The notes: generated from the letters alone by a model not told the origin. A stretch of DNA of 64,000 nt from Christensenellales bacterium (GCA_045130815.1 JBGUQG010000143.1:12049-76048); one strand, 5' to 3'; counted from the first letter of the stretch, positions 1 through 9,781 are shown. Translations and numbers: made by a program.

Positions 1-28
1 AAAACCCATGGAAACTATTTCCGGTATA

Positions 29-37
29 TGCTATAAT
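29..37 (+). promoter_or_regulatory. Extended -10 promoter box TGCTATAAT upstream of the ABC ATPase gene
   Basis: TGCTATAAT lies 40 nt upstream of the ATG at 77. The identical 9-mer recurs at four other intergenic sites in this window. The -35 region sits at the window edge and is weak. Confidence 0.4.
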
Positions 38-76
38 ACCATCATCAACCCCATACACCGCAGGGAGGAGAGGCCG

Positions 77-1180
<1,104 letters not shown>

Positions 1181-1181
1181 C

Positions 1182-2084
1182 ATGGCGGGCAAGAAGGACA
1201 ACAACAACCTGAAGGGCTGGCTGTACCTGCTGCCGGCGCTGCTGTTCCTGGGCGTGTTCATGGTGTACCCGCTGGTGGACGTGTTCGTGTACTCCTTCGA
1301 GGAGGGCTACAATTCCGCCAGCCAGAGCTACTTCGGCGTGGGCCTGTACAACTATTCCCGGGTGCTGCACGACCCCTATTTCCTGCAGGCGCTGAAGAAC
1401 ACCTTCATACTGGTGATCATCACGGTGCCGCTGTCCACGCTGATCGCCCTTTTGATCTCGGTGGGACTCAACAGCATCACCCCGCTGAAGAAGCTGTACC
1501 AGACGGTCTACTTCCTGCCCTACGTGACCAACACGCTGGCGGTGGGCCTGGTGTTCATGATACTGTTCAAGAAGACGGCCTACACCGACGGCCTGGCCAA
1601 CCTGATGCTGGCCTGGTTCGGCAAGGGGCCCATCGACTTCATCGACGGGCCGTACTGGGCCAAGATGTTCGTGCTGTGCTTCTACACGATCTGGGTGGTC
1701 ATGCCCTTCAAGGTGCTGATCCTCACCAGCGCGCTGGCCAGCGTGAACCAGGACTACTACAACGCCGCCCGGGTGGACGGCACCTCCTCCTTCCGCATCT
1801 TCCGCAAGATCACGCTGCCGATGATCTCGCCGATGATATTCTACCTGGTGATCACCGGCTTCATCGGCGCGTTCAAGGCCTACAGCGACGCGGTGGCCCT
1901 GTTCGGCACGAACCTGAACGCCGCGGAGATGAACACCATCGTGGGCTATGTGTACGACAAGCTGTACGGCGACGGCGGCGGCTATCCCTCCTACGCCTCG
2001 GCGGCGGCGATCATACTGTTCGCCGTGGTGTTCACGATCACGCTGATCAACCTGTCCATCAGCAAGAAGAACGTGCACTATTGA
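1182..2084 (+). CDS. Sugar ABC transporter permease (MalF/UgpA type)
   Basis: Multi-pass hydrophobic protein with the EAA-loop motif YYNAARVDGTSSFRIFRKITLPMISP. It starts 1 nt after the ATPase stop. Confidence 0.9.
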   Translation: MAGKKDNNNLKGWLYLLPALLFLGVFMVYPLVDVFVYSFEEGYNSASQSYFGVGLYNYSRVLHDPYFLQALKNTFILVIITVPLSTLIALLISVGLNSITPLKKLYQTVYFLPYVTNTLAVGLVFMILFKKTAYTDGLANLMLAWFGKGPIDFIDGPYWAKMFVLCFYTIWVVMPFKVLILTSALASVNQDYYNAARVDGTSSFRIFRKITLPMISPMIFYLVITGFIGAFKAYSDAVALFGTNLNAAEMNTIVGYVYDKLYGDGGGYPSYASAAAIILFAVVFTITLINLSISKKNVHY

Positions 2085-2096
2085 GGAGGCGCCTGC

Positions 2097-2969
2097 ATGA
2101 GCAATACGGATTATACCAAAATCGAGCGCGCCTCCCGCAACCGGAGGCTCGCGGTGCGCACGATCACCTACATCCTGCTGACCTTCTGGGCGGTGATGGT
2201 GCTGTTCCCCTATTACTGGATGCTGCTGACCTCCGTCAAGGGCTACGGGGCCTACAACGCGGAGTACGTGCCCGCGTTCTTCACCACCGCGCCCACGCTG
2301 GAGAACTATGTCAGCGCCTTCAGGGAGGTGCCGCTGGCCCGGTACTTCCTGAACACCGTGGTGTTCACGGTGGTCACCACCGCGCTGATGATGGCCGTGA
2401 TCATCCCGGCGGCCTTCGCCTTCGCGCGGCTGGAGTTCAAGGGGCGGGACCTGGTGTTTTCGCTGTTCCTGGCGCTGATGATGATCCCCAACGAGCTGGT
2501 GATCATCACCAACTACCAGACCATCACCGGCTGGGGCCTGCGCAACAGCTTTCCCGGCCTGATATTGCCGTCGGTGACCAGCGTGTTCTACATCTACCTG
2601 CTGCGTGAAAACTTCGCCCAGATCCCGGACGAGCTGTACAACGCCGCCAAGGTGGACGGCACCACCGACTTCAAGTACCTGACCCGCGTGATGATGCCCA
2701 TCTGCAAGCCCACGATCATCACCATCGTGATCCTGAAGGTCATCGAATGCTGGAACAGCTACGTCTGGCCCCGGCTGGTGACCGACGACCCGAACTACTT
2801 CCTGGTGTCCGGCGGCATCCAGGAGATCCGCGAAAACGGCTTTGGCCGCGAGAACATCCCCGCCATGATGGCCGCCGTGGTGGTCATCTCCGTGCCGCTG
2901 ATCGTGCTGTTTCTCGCCTTCCGCAACAAGGTGATGGCCGGCGTGTCGAGAGGAGGGATCAAGGGATGA
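2097..2969 (+). CDS. Sugar ABC transporter permease (MalG/UgpE type)
   Basis: EAA loop LYNAAKVDGTTDFKYLTRVMMPICKP. GAGGAGG RBS upstream of the ATG at 2097. Confidence 0.9.
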   Translation: MSNTDYTKIERASRNRRLAVRTITYILLTFWAVMVLFPYYWMLLTSVKGYGAYNAEYVPAFFTTAPTLENYVSAFREVPLARYFLNTVVFTVVTTALMMAVIIPAAFAFARLEFKGRDLVFSLFLALMMIPNELVIITNYQTITGWGLRNSFPGLILPSVTSVFYIYLLRENFAQIPDELYNAAKVDGTTDFKYLTRVMMPICKPTIITIVILKVIECWNSYVWPRLVTDDPNYFLVSGGIQEIRENGFGRENIPAMMAAVVVISVPLIVLFLAFRNKVMAGVSRGGIKG

Positions 2970-3088
2970 GAGGCAAGCGTGAAGCGTGGAACGTGAAGCG
3001 TGGAGCGTGTGACGTTAAGAAGCGCCCGGGAAGCCGCGCCCCAAAAGCCTTCCCCCTTGGGGAAGGTGGCCGAGCGAAGCGAGGTCGG
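2970..3088. repeat. Structured intergenic repeat element (REP/MITE-like, GGGGAAGG hairpin family)
   Basis: Two direct copies of GTGAAGCGTGGA (2979-2990 and 2993-3004). An 8-bp GC hairpin CCTTCCCC-ctt-GGGGAAGG follows at 3048-3066. The reverse strand would read ...LIRPRFARPPSPRGKAF, a pseudo-peptide I recall being repeated in many gut Clostridia genomes (recall, unverified). Confidence 0.55.
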
Positions 3089-4669
3089 ATGAGGTCTCTG
3101 TCGCTCCTCGCCCTCGTCATTCTCCTCGTCCTGCCGCTGTCAGGCTGCCACGGCAACCGGGGGCGGGTGGGGTTCGCGGTGCCGGAGGCGTTCGATACCT
3201 CGCGGCAGTTTGAGATCACCTTCTGGGCCAAGAACGACACCAACAAGACCCAGACCGCCATCTACAAGAAGGCCATCGAGGACTTCCAGGCCCTGTATCC
3301 GAACATCACCGTCAGCATGAAGCTGTACACCGACTACGGCCGCATCTACAACGACGTGATCACCAACATCTCCACCGACACCACGCCCAACGTGTGCGTG
3401 ACCTACCCGGACCACATCGCCACCTACATGACGGGCAGCAACGTGGTGGTGCCGCTGGACGCGCTGATGGCGGACGGGCGCTACGGCCTGGCGGGCAGCG
3501 AGCTGCGCTTCGACGGCCCGTCGAAGGACGAGGTCATCCCCCAGTTCCTTTCCGAGTGTGCCATCGGCGACAGCACCTACGCCCTGCCCTACATGCGCTC
3601 CACCGAGGCGCTGTATGTGAACAAGACCTATGTGGAGGCCCTGGGCTACCAGCTCCCCGACGTGGTGACCTGGGATTTCGTGTGGGAGGTTTCAGAGGCC
3701 GCCACGAAGAAGGACGCGGAGGGCACCTTCGCCGTAAACGGCCAGAAGGTGATGATCCCCTTCATCTACAAGAGCACCGACAACATGATGATCCAGATGC
3801 TCAAACAGCTGGGGGCGGACTACTCCACCGCCGCGGGGGACATACTGCTTCTGAACGACACCACGAAGGGCCTGCTGCTTGAGATCGCGGGCCACGCGAA
3901 GAGCGGCGCGTTCTCCACCTTCAAGATCAGCAGCTATCCGGCCAACTTCCTGAACGCGGGCCAGTGCATCTTCGCGGTGGACAGCACCGCCGGGGCCACC
4001 TGGATGGGCAGCGACGCGCCGCTGCTGGACATCAGCGAGGATGCCATCGTGCAGTTCGAGACCGCCGTCAAGCCCGTTCCCCAGTTCGACCCGGAGCACC
4101 CGGCGATGATCTCCCAGGGCCCCAGCGTGTGCGTGTTCAACAAAAAGGACCCCCAGGAGGTGCTGGCCAGCTGGCTGTTCATGCAGTACCTGCTGACCAA
4201 TGACGTGCAGATCGCCTACGCCCAGACCGAGGGCTACGTGCCCGTGACCATCAAGGCCCAGGGCGATCCGGCCTACCGGGAGTACCTGGACAGCGACGCG
4301 GGCGACGCGCTGCACTACCCGGTGAAGCTGCAGGCGGCAAGGCTGCTGCTGGAGAACACCGAAAACACCTTCACCACCCCGGTATTCAACGGCTCGGCCA
4401 GCCTGCGCGACGCGGCGGGCACGCTGATCGAGAACGTCGCCAAGGGCGTGCGCCGCAAGCAGACCGTGGACGACGCCTTCATCGCCAAGCTGTACAGCGA
4501 CGTGACCGACATGTACGAGCTGAACCAGCCCCGCGCCGGCAGCGAGGCGCCCTCCGACCTGGGCCCCCTGCCCGGGGGCGCAAAGGCGCTGCTGGGCAGC
4601 CTGCTGGCCGTGTGGGTGCTGCTGGGAGCCTGGGCGATCGCCGGATGGACGAAGAAGCGGAAGGGATAA
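3089..4669 (+). CDS. ABC transporter extracellular solute-binding lipoprotein with an additional C-terminal hydrophobic anchor
   Basis: Signal peptide plus lipobox MRSLSLLALVILLVLPLSGC. The body resembles a family-1 solute-binding protein. The C-terminus is ...LPGGAKALLGSLLAVWVLLGAWAIAGWTKKRKG. An alternative start at 2966 (ATGA overlap with the permease, good AGGAGGG RBS) would add a 41-aa basic extension encoded by the repeat element. Confidence 0.8.
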   Translation: MRSLSLLALVILLVLPLSGCHGNRGRVGFAVPEAFDTSRQFEITFWAKNDTNKTQTAIYKKAIEDFQALYPNITVSMKLYTDYGRIYNDVITNISTDTTPNVCVTYPDHIATYMTGSNVVVPLDALMADGRYGLAGSELRFDGPSKDEVIPQFLSECAIGDSTYALPYMRSTEALYVNKTYVEALGYQLPDVVTWDFVWEVSEAATKKDAEGTFAVNGQKVMIPFIYKSTDNMMIQMLKQLGADYSTAAGDILLLNDTTKGLLLEIAGHAKSGAFSTFKISSYPANFLNAGQCIFAVDSTAGATWMGSDAPLLDISEDAIVQFETAVKPVPQFDPEHPAMISQGPSVCVFNKKDPQEVLASWLFMQYLLTNDVQIAYAQTEGYVPVTIKAQGDPAYREYLDSDAGDALHYPVKLQAARLLLENTENTFTTPVFNGSASLRDAAGTLIENVAKGVRRKQTVDDAFIAKLYSDVTDMYELNQPRAGSEAPSDLGPLPGGAKALLGSLLAVWVLLGAWAIAGWTKKRKG

Positions 4670-4704
4670 ATTCCGAAATTCCTGTTAAAACCCCATCCGC
4701 TTCA

Positions 4705-4732
4705 TTGAATTATCGGCGATTGTGTGTATAAT
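4705..4732 (+). promoter_or_regulatory. Sigma-A type promoter (TTGAAT, 16-nt spacer, TATAAT)
   Basis: -35 TTGAAT at 4705-4710 and -10 TATAAT at 4727-4732, about 70 nt upstream of the ATG at 4800. Confidence 0.45.
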
Positions 4733-4799
4733 GAAAGTGTCTTTCAGGCCGGCTGCGCAACCCCGCGCGGCCGCCACCACAACGAAGGAGGAAGAAACC

Positions 4800-5504
4800 A
4801 TGAAGAAGATTCTGTCTGCCGTTCTGGTCCTGACCCTGACGCTGGCCCTGTGCGCGTTCGCCGTGGCCGAGGGCGCCATGTCCTATGCCGACTACGCCGC
4901 CGCCGATCTGGACACCGAGGTGACCATCGACGCGTATGTGCAGGCCCATCAGTCCTGGTGGGACGGCAAGGTGACCATCTACGCCGCCGACGCGGACGGC
5001 GCGTACTTCCTGTATGAGGTTCCCATGAGCGAGGAAGACGCCGCGAAGCTGGTTCCCGGCGCGCACTTCACCGCCACCGGCTTCAAGAGCGAGTGGTCCG
5101 GCGAGGTCGAGATCATCGACGTTTCCAACTTTGAGTTCCTCGAGGGCGACGCCTTCGTGGCCGAGCCCGTGGACGTGACCGAGCTGCTGGGCACCGACGC
5201 CCTGGCCGAGAAGATCAACCAGCTGGTTTCCTTCAAGGGCATGACCGTCGAGGCTTACGACGAGAGCGGCGCGGCCTTCGCCTACAAGAACGCCGAGGAG
5301 AAGACCGACGACCTGTACTTCAAGGTCTCCAAGGACGGCCAGACCTACGAGTTCACCGTGGAATTCTACCTCTGCGGCCAGGACACCGAGGTCTACAAGG
5401 CGGTCGAGGCCCTGAACGTGGGCGACGTGATCGACCTGCAGGGCTTCCTGTACTGGTACAACGGCGCGAACCCGCACATCACCGCGGTGACCCCCGCCGC
5501 CTGA
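4800..5504 (+). CDS. Secreted hypothetical protein (signal peptide, acidic, two similar halves)
   Basis: GAAGGAGGAAG RBS. N-terminus MKKILSAVLVLTLTLALCAFAVAEG is a typical signal peptide. I recognise no family motif. Confidence 0.7.
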   Translation: MKKILSAVLVLTLTLALCAFAVAEGAMSYADYAAADLDTEVTIDAYVQAHQSWWDGKVTIYAADADGAYFLYEVPMSEEDAAKLVPGAHFTATGFKSEWSGEVEIIDVSNFEFLEGDAFVAEPVDVTELLGTDALAEKINQLVSFKGMTVEAYDESGAAFAYKNAEEKTDDLYFKVSKDGQTYEFTVEFYLCGQDTEVYKAVEALNVGDVIDLQGFLYWYNGANPHITAVTPAA

Positions 5505-5515
5505 ACCACCCACGC

Positions 5516-5546
5516 AAAAGCGCCGCACGGCATGTGCGGCGCTTTT
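5516..5546. terminator. Bidirectional rho-independent terminator
   Basis: Stem GCGCCGCAC (5520-5528), 5-nt loop, stem GTGCGGCGC (5534-5542), flanked by AAAA and TTTT. It lies between two convergent genes. Confidence 0.8.
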
Positions 5547-5574
5547 GTATTGGGGGACTATTTCCCAATCCCTA

Positions 5575-6726
5575 TTATCTGTTCCCCAGGAACCCCTCCG
5601 CCACCGCGGCGTGCACGGCGGCGGCGATCACGGGGGCCTGCTCGTCGGGGAGGAAGGCGTTGTTGTGCAGCGGCAGCGGGCAGCCCGCGCCGATGTGGTA
5701 GTACGCGCCGGGGCGCGCCTCCAGGAAATAGCCGAAATCCTCGGTGGTCATGGTGGGCTCATCGATCACGTGCACGCGGCCTTCGCCCAGCAGCGCCCCG
5801 GCGGCCTTTTCCACGAGGGCGGTCATGCCGTCATGGTTGACCACACCGGGATAGCTTTCCCGCAGGTCCGCCTCCGCCGTCGCGCCCCATTGGGCCGTCA
5901 CCTCGTCCACGGCGCGGGCGAAGCCTTGCTTCAGCGCCGCGCGGGCGACGGGGCCCAGGCTGCGCAGGATGCCGCGCAGCTCCGCCCGGTCGGCCAGTAT
6001 GTTCTCCGCCGTGCCGGCATTCAGCGTGCCCACGGTCAGCACGGCCCGCTCGCCGTCCAGCGTGTCCGGCAGGCCGATCAGCCGGCCCGCCAGCGCCGCC
6101 GCCGCGCCCAGGGCGTCCACGCCCTTTTCCCGGGTCGCGCCGTGGGCGCTGACGCCGTGCACCACCACGCGAAAGGTGTCCGAGGCCGCGTAGAACTTGC
6201 CGTAGCGCACGCCCACGTGGCCCAGGGGCAGCTCCGGCGACACGTGGGCCCCGAACACGGCTTCCACGCCGTCCAGGGCCCCGGCGTCGATCATCCGCTT
6301 CGCCCCGCCCCGGCCCTCCTCGTCCGGCTGGAACAGGAACACCACGCTGCCGGGCAGCGATCCCCGCCGGTCAGACAGCAGCTTCGCCGCGCCCAGCGCG
6401 GCGGAGAGGTGCACGTCATGGCCGCAGGCGTGCATCACGCCCGGGCTTTGGGAGGCGAAGTCCGCGCCGGTGGCCTCCGTCAGCGGCAGGGCGTCCATGT
6501 CCGCGCGCAGCGCCACCGTCCTGCCGGGCAGCGCGCCGTCCAGCCGGGCCACCACCGCCGTGTCCAGCAGCCGCCGGGTGGGGATCCCCCAGCCGTTCAG
6601 GCAGGCCTCGATCCGCTTCGCGGTCTCAAACTCATGGTTCCCTAGCTCCGGATGCATGTGAAATTCCCGCCGCAGCGCGATGATCTGCGGCGCGACGGCC
6701 CGGGCCAACGAAAGGTAGTCAGTCAT
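5575..6726 (-). CDS. M20D-family amidohydrolase; candidate N-acetyl-diaminopimelate deacetylase (DapL-like)
   Basis: Peptidase M20/amidohydrolase motifs (HMHPELGNHE, HACGHDVH). It is the last gene downstream of dapA-dapB-dapH on the same strand. Start ATG at 6726 (MTDYLSL...). Confidence 0.8.
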   Translation of the reverse strand: MTDYLSLARAVAPQIIALRREFHMHPELGNHEFETAKRIEACLNGWGIPTRRLLDTAVVARLDGALPGRTVALRADMDALPLTEATGADFASQSPGVMHACGHDVHLSAALGAAKLLSDRRGSLPGSVVFLFQPDEEGRGGAKRMIDAGALDGVEAVFGAHVSPELPLGHVGVRYGKFYAASDTFRVVVHGVSAHGATREKGVDALGAAAALAGRLIGLPDTLDGERAVLTVGTLNAGTAENILADRAELRGILRSLGPVARAALKQGFARAVDEVTAQWGATAEADLRESYPGVVNHDGMTALVEKAAGALLGEGRVHVIDEPTMTTEDFGYFLEARPGAYYHIGAGCPLPLHNNAFLPDEQAPVIAAAVHAAVAEGFLGNR

Positions 6727-6964
6727 GGTGTCACCTGTCCTTGACTTGGATTCAATCAACAAATCACGGCAATCCTGCCGGGGGATCGGGGGCGGCAGCG
6801 CGCCGATCATCAATCGGCCCCGGCGACATGCGCGGCGGGGCCGTAAGGTTTTCACAGAAAACCGACCTCGCTGATTTGACGGCCGGAGATTCTCGGCTGT
6901 TCATTCTTTGGCTTATTGTTTCGGAACAGTCGAAAATCTCAAGTCAAATCCGGAGGGGGCGTAA

Positions 6965-6990
6965 TGGAGGGGGAGCAAGCTCCCCCTCCA
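6965..6990 (-). terminator. GC-rich hairpin immediately after the dapH stop (terminator or processing/stability element)
   Basis: Stem TGGAGGGGGA (6965-6974), 6-nt loop, stem TCCCCCTCCA (6981-6990). There is no clear U-tract, so termination may be partial. A 264-nt spacer follows before the M20 gene. Confidence 0.35.
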
Positions 6991-7683
6991 TCAAAGATTC
7001 CTCAGCGAATCCTGCAGCGCGGTCTTCTGGCTGGTGCCGGCGTCCACCTGCTTGATCACCCGGGCGGGGCAGCCGGCCACCACGCAGCCGGCGGGCACGT
7101 CCTCGATCACCACGGCGCCGGCGGCGACCACCGCGCCCTTGCCCACGCGCACGCCCTCGATCACCACGGCGTTCGCGCCGATCAGCACGTCGTCCTCGAT
7201 CACCACGGGGGTGGCGGAGGCGGGCTCGATCACCCCGGCCAGCACCGCGCCGGCGCCCACGTGGCAGTGCTTGCCCACGATGGCCCGGCCGCCCAGCACC
7301 GCGCCCATGTCGATCATGGTACCCTCGCCGATCACCGCGCCGATGTTGATGACCGCGCCCATCATGATCACGGCGTTGTCGCCGATGGTCACGTTGTCGC
7401 GGATCAGCGCGCCGGGCTCGATGCGGGCGCGGACATTTTTCATGTCCAGCAGCGGCACCGCGCTGTTGCGCCGGTCGTTCTCGATCACGATGTCCTCGAT
7501 GTCATCCCTGTGCTTTTCCAGGATGGGGGCGAGCTTGCCCCACTCCCCGAACACGACCTTGTCCCCCGCGCCGAAGACCTTCGCGTCCTCATAGTCGATG
7601 GGGGCTCTTTCCTTCACGTACAGCTTCACCGGCGTCTTTTTTTCAGCGGTGGCGATATAGTGGATCAGTTCCTGCGCGTTCAT
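6991..7683 (-). CDS. dapH: 2,3,4,5-tetrahydropyridine-2,6-dicarboxylate N-acetyltransferase
   Basis: N-terminus [25 protein letters not shown] followed by hexapeptide-repeat (LbH) region. Size and order match Bacillus DapH (YkuQ). Confidence 0.88.
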   Translation of the reverse strand: MNAQELIHYIATAEKKTPVKLYVKERAPIDYEDAKVFGAGDKVVFGEWGKLAPILEKHRDDIEDIVIENDRRNSAVPLLDMKNVRARIEPGALIRDNVTIGDNAVIMMGAVINIGAVIGEGTMIDMGAVLGGRAIVGKHCHVGAGAVLAGVIEPASATPVVIEDDVLIGANAVVIEGVRVGKGAVVAAGAVVIEDVPAGCVVAGCPARVIKQVDAGTSQKTALQDSLRNL

Positions 7684-7694
7684 GTATATTTCTC

Positions 7695-8426
7695 CTATTC
7701 GACGATGTTCCGCATGTCGTACAGCCCCGGCCCCACGCCCATCAGAAATTCGGCGGCGGCCAGCGCGCCGTTGCCGAACAGCTCGCGGCTCTCGGCCTCG
7801 TGCTTCAGGGTGATGGTCTCGCTGCCATTGGCGATGATGATCTCGTGGGTGCCCACCTCGTTGCCGTAGCGCAGCGAGTGGATGCCGATCTCGCGCTGGG
7901 TGCGCTTGCCGTTCTCGTGGCGGCCCACCACCAGCGTCGCGTCCCCGCGGACCTCCTGCAGCCTGTGGGCCAGCAGCAGCGCCGTGCCGCTGGGCACGTC
8001 CAGCTTCTGGTTGTGGTGGCGCTCGATGATCTCGATCTCCGCCTCCGGGAACAGGGCGGCGGCCTTCTTCGCCAGCTCGGCCAGCAGCGCCACCCCGATG
8101 GACATGTTCGCCGACAGGAACACCGGCACGTGCCGGGCCGCCTCGCGGATCAGCGCGAGCTCCTCCTCCGTCTGGCCCGTGGTGGCGATCACCACCGGCA
8201 GGCCGCGTTCCACGCAGTATTCCGTCACCTGCGCGGTGGCGCTGTGGTTGGTAAAATCGATGACCATGTCCGCGGGGCCCTGATACTCGCTGAGCGCGGA
8301 CAGTCCGCCGGAGGCGGCGTTGCTCCAGTCCACCCGGGCGGCCACGCTGTGCGCGCCGCCCCGCTGGATCAGCTCGTCCACGATGCGCCCCATGCGCCCG
8401 CTGGCGCCGTTGATGATGATATTCAT
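7695..8426 (-). CDS. dapB: 4-hydroxy-tetrahydrodipicolinate reductase
   Basis: [13 protein letters not shown] nucleotide-binding N-terminus and the [15 protein letters not shown] motif. Confidence 0.92.
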   Translation of the reverse strand: MNIIINGASGRMGRIVDELIQRGGAHSVAARVDWSNAASGGLSALSEYQGPADMVIDFTNHSATAQVTEYCVERGLPVVIATTGQTEEELALIREAARHVPVFLSANMSIGVALLAELAKKAAALFPEAEIEIIERHHNQKLDVPSGTALLLAHRLQEVRGDATLVVGRHENGKRTQREIGIHSLRYGNEVGTHEIIIANGSETITLKHEAESRELFGNGALAAAEFLMGVGPGLYDMRNIVE

Positions 8427-8441
8427 AGTATCCTCCGTGTA

Positions 8442-9329
8442 TCAGATCAGCCCATGTCCCTTCATAATCGCTTCAAGCTTCTCCCAGTGCGCCTCCTCCA
8501 TGGGCGTCAGGGGCAGGCGCAGGTAGTTTTCGCACCAGCCCATGGCCGCCATGGCCGCCTTCACGGGGATGGGGTTGACCTCGCTGAACAGCGCGTTGAT
8601 CAGGGGCAGCAGCCGGGTCTGCTCGCGGGCCGCGCCGGCCACGTCGCCCTCGAAGAAGCGGCGGCACATCTGCGCGGTCTGCGCGGGCATCACGTTGGAC
8701 AGCACCGAGATCACGCCCTTGCCGCCCATGGACAGTATCGGCACCACCTGGTCGTCGTTGCCAGAGTAGATGTCCAGCCTGTCGCCCACCAGCATGGCCG
8801 TCTCCACGATCTTGGAGATATTGCCGTTGGCCTCCTTGATGCCCACGATGTTGGGGTGGTCCGCCAGGGCCAGGTAGGTGGCCGGCTCGATGTTCACGCC
8901 CGTGCGGGAGGGCACGTTGTACAGTATGATGGGCCGATCCACCGCGTCGGCGATGGCGGTGTACATGGCGATCAGGCCCTTCTGGGTGGCCTTGTTGTAG
9001 TAGGGGGTGACCACCAGCAGCGCGTCCGCCCCGGCGTCGCAGGAAAAGCGGGACAGCGTGATGGCGCGGTTGGTGTCGTTGGAGCCGCTGCCCGCAATGA
9101 TCGGCACGCGGCCCGCCGCCCGCTGCACGGCGTAGCGGATGACCTCCTGGTGCTCGTCATAGGTCAGCGTGGAGCCCTCGCCGGTGGTCCCGGCGATCAC
9201 CAGCGCGTCGATGCCCTGCTCGATCTGCCAGTCCACCAGCCTGCCCAGCGCCTCGTAATCCACGCCCGCGGGAGTCAGGGGCGTGATCAGCGCGGTGGCC
9301 GCGCCGCGGAAAACTGTGTTCTTGCTCAT
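8442..9329 (-). CDS. dapA: 4-hydroxy-tetrahydrodipicolinate synthase
   Basis: DHDPS-family pattern ([18 protein letters not shown]), 295 aa. Confidence 0.93.
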   Translation of the reverse strand: MSKNTVFRGAATALITPLTPAGVDYEALGRLVDWQIEQGIDALVIAGTTGEGSTLTYDEHQEVIRYAVQRAAGRVPIIAGSGSNDTNRAITLSRFSCDAGADALLVVTPYYNKATQKGLIAMYTAIADAVDRPIILYNVPSRTGVNIEPATYLALADHPNIVGIKEANGNISKIVETAMLVGDRLDIYSGNDDQVVPILSMGGKGVISVLSNVMPAQTAQMCRRFFEGDVAGAAREQTRLLPLINALFSEVNPIPVKAAMAAMGWCENYLRLPLTPMEEAHWEKLEAIMKGHGLI

Positions 9330-9366
9330 GATTCTGTCTCCTCGTATTCATAGTAGGATGCCGCGT

Positions 9367-9437
9367 ATAAAAAACAGCCAATGCGCATTGCATTCGCCGT
9401 GTTCTCATTGACATCGACCCCTCGCCAGGGCGAATGC
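9367..9437 (-). promoter_or_regulatory. Putative expression platform of the lysine riboswitch
   Basis: On the minus strand, GCAUUCGCC (9437-9429) is complementary to GGCGAAUGC (9398-9390). The latter overlaps a short palindrome CAAUGCGCAUUG, which is followed 4 nt later by U6 (9374-9369). The terminator stem is weak, so the mechanism is uncertain. Confidence 0.3.
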
Positions 9438-9463
9438 CATGCCGGGGGAATCGCACAATTAAT

Positions 9464-9625
9464 CCATAGCGCTCCACACAATGCGGCAGTCAAACGGATG
9501 TTGTCCGTTTGCCCAGACGGGGCTCGCCCTCCCCATCTTCGGCAGCGGCCCCTTTCAGCCCCGGCAACGGCTTTGCGATGCCTTGCACCGGCCCTACTGA
9601 TGACAACTGCGCCTCTATCCTTTAA
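9464..9625 (-). promoter_or_regulatory. Lysine (L-box) riboswitch in the dapA leader
   Basis: The minus strand carries the conserved L-box blocks in order: GGAUAGAGGCGC, CAGUAGG, GGGGCUGAAAGGGGCCGCUGCCGAAG, UGACUGCCGC and GUGGAGCGCUAUGG. This matches my memory of the B. subtilis lysC and T. maritima L-box cores. Confidence 0.8.
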
Positions 9626-9648
9626 TTGCGGTATTCGGTTGTGGGACC

Positions 9649-9677
9649 ATGCTACCACAAAAAAAAGGCGCTGTCAA
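9649..9677 (-). promoter_or_regulatory. Promoter of the L-box/dap operon (TTGACA, 17-nt spacer, TGgTAGCAT)
   Basis: Minus strand: TTGACA (9677-9672), 17-nt spacer, extended -10 TGGTAGCAT (-10 hexamer at 9654-9649). It lies about 20 nt upstream of the riboswitch 5' end. Confidence 0.6.
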
Positions 9678-9740
9678 TCAGCGTGGGTTAAATCTTGGAC
9701 AAGCCGCCGCATAAAAGCTGCATATTCAAGCCGATCATCG

Positions 9741-9776
9741 CATGAATATACAACATCAGCGAATAATAATGCACAT
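9741..9776. promoter_or_regulatory. Putative tandem ArgR/AhrC boxes
   Basis: AT-rich patch CATGAATATACAACATCA followed by GCGAATAATAATGCACAT, just upstream of the arg operon -35. It partially resembles the ARG-box consensus TNTGAATWWWWATTCANW. Confidence 0.35.
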
Positions 9777-9781
9777 TTAAC

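Noticed and set aside
2979-3004. Tandem GTGAAGCGTGGA duplication considered as a CRISPR array or VNTR
   Set aside because: There are only two short adjacent copies, with no spacers and no cas genes. It is best explained as part of a REP-like element.
2747-3088. N-terminal 114-codon extension of the binding-protein ORF given in the track (start at 2747)
   Set aside because: It overlaps the 3' end of the permease gene in another frame and is Arg/Gly/Pro-rich nonsense. Real candidate starts are 2966 or 3089.
6727-6964. Possible riboswitch or sRNA in the 264-nt spacer between dapH and the M20 gene
   Set aside because: Only small hairpins are visible, such as GGTTTTC-aca-GAAAACC at 6847-6863. 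I recognise no conserved riboswitch core, so evidence is insufficient.
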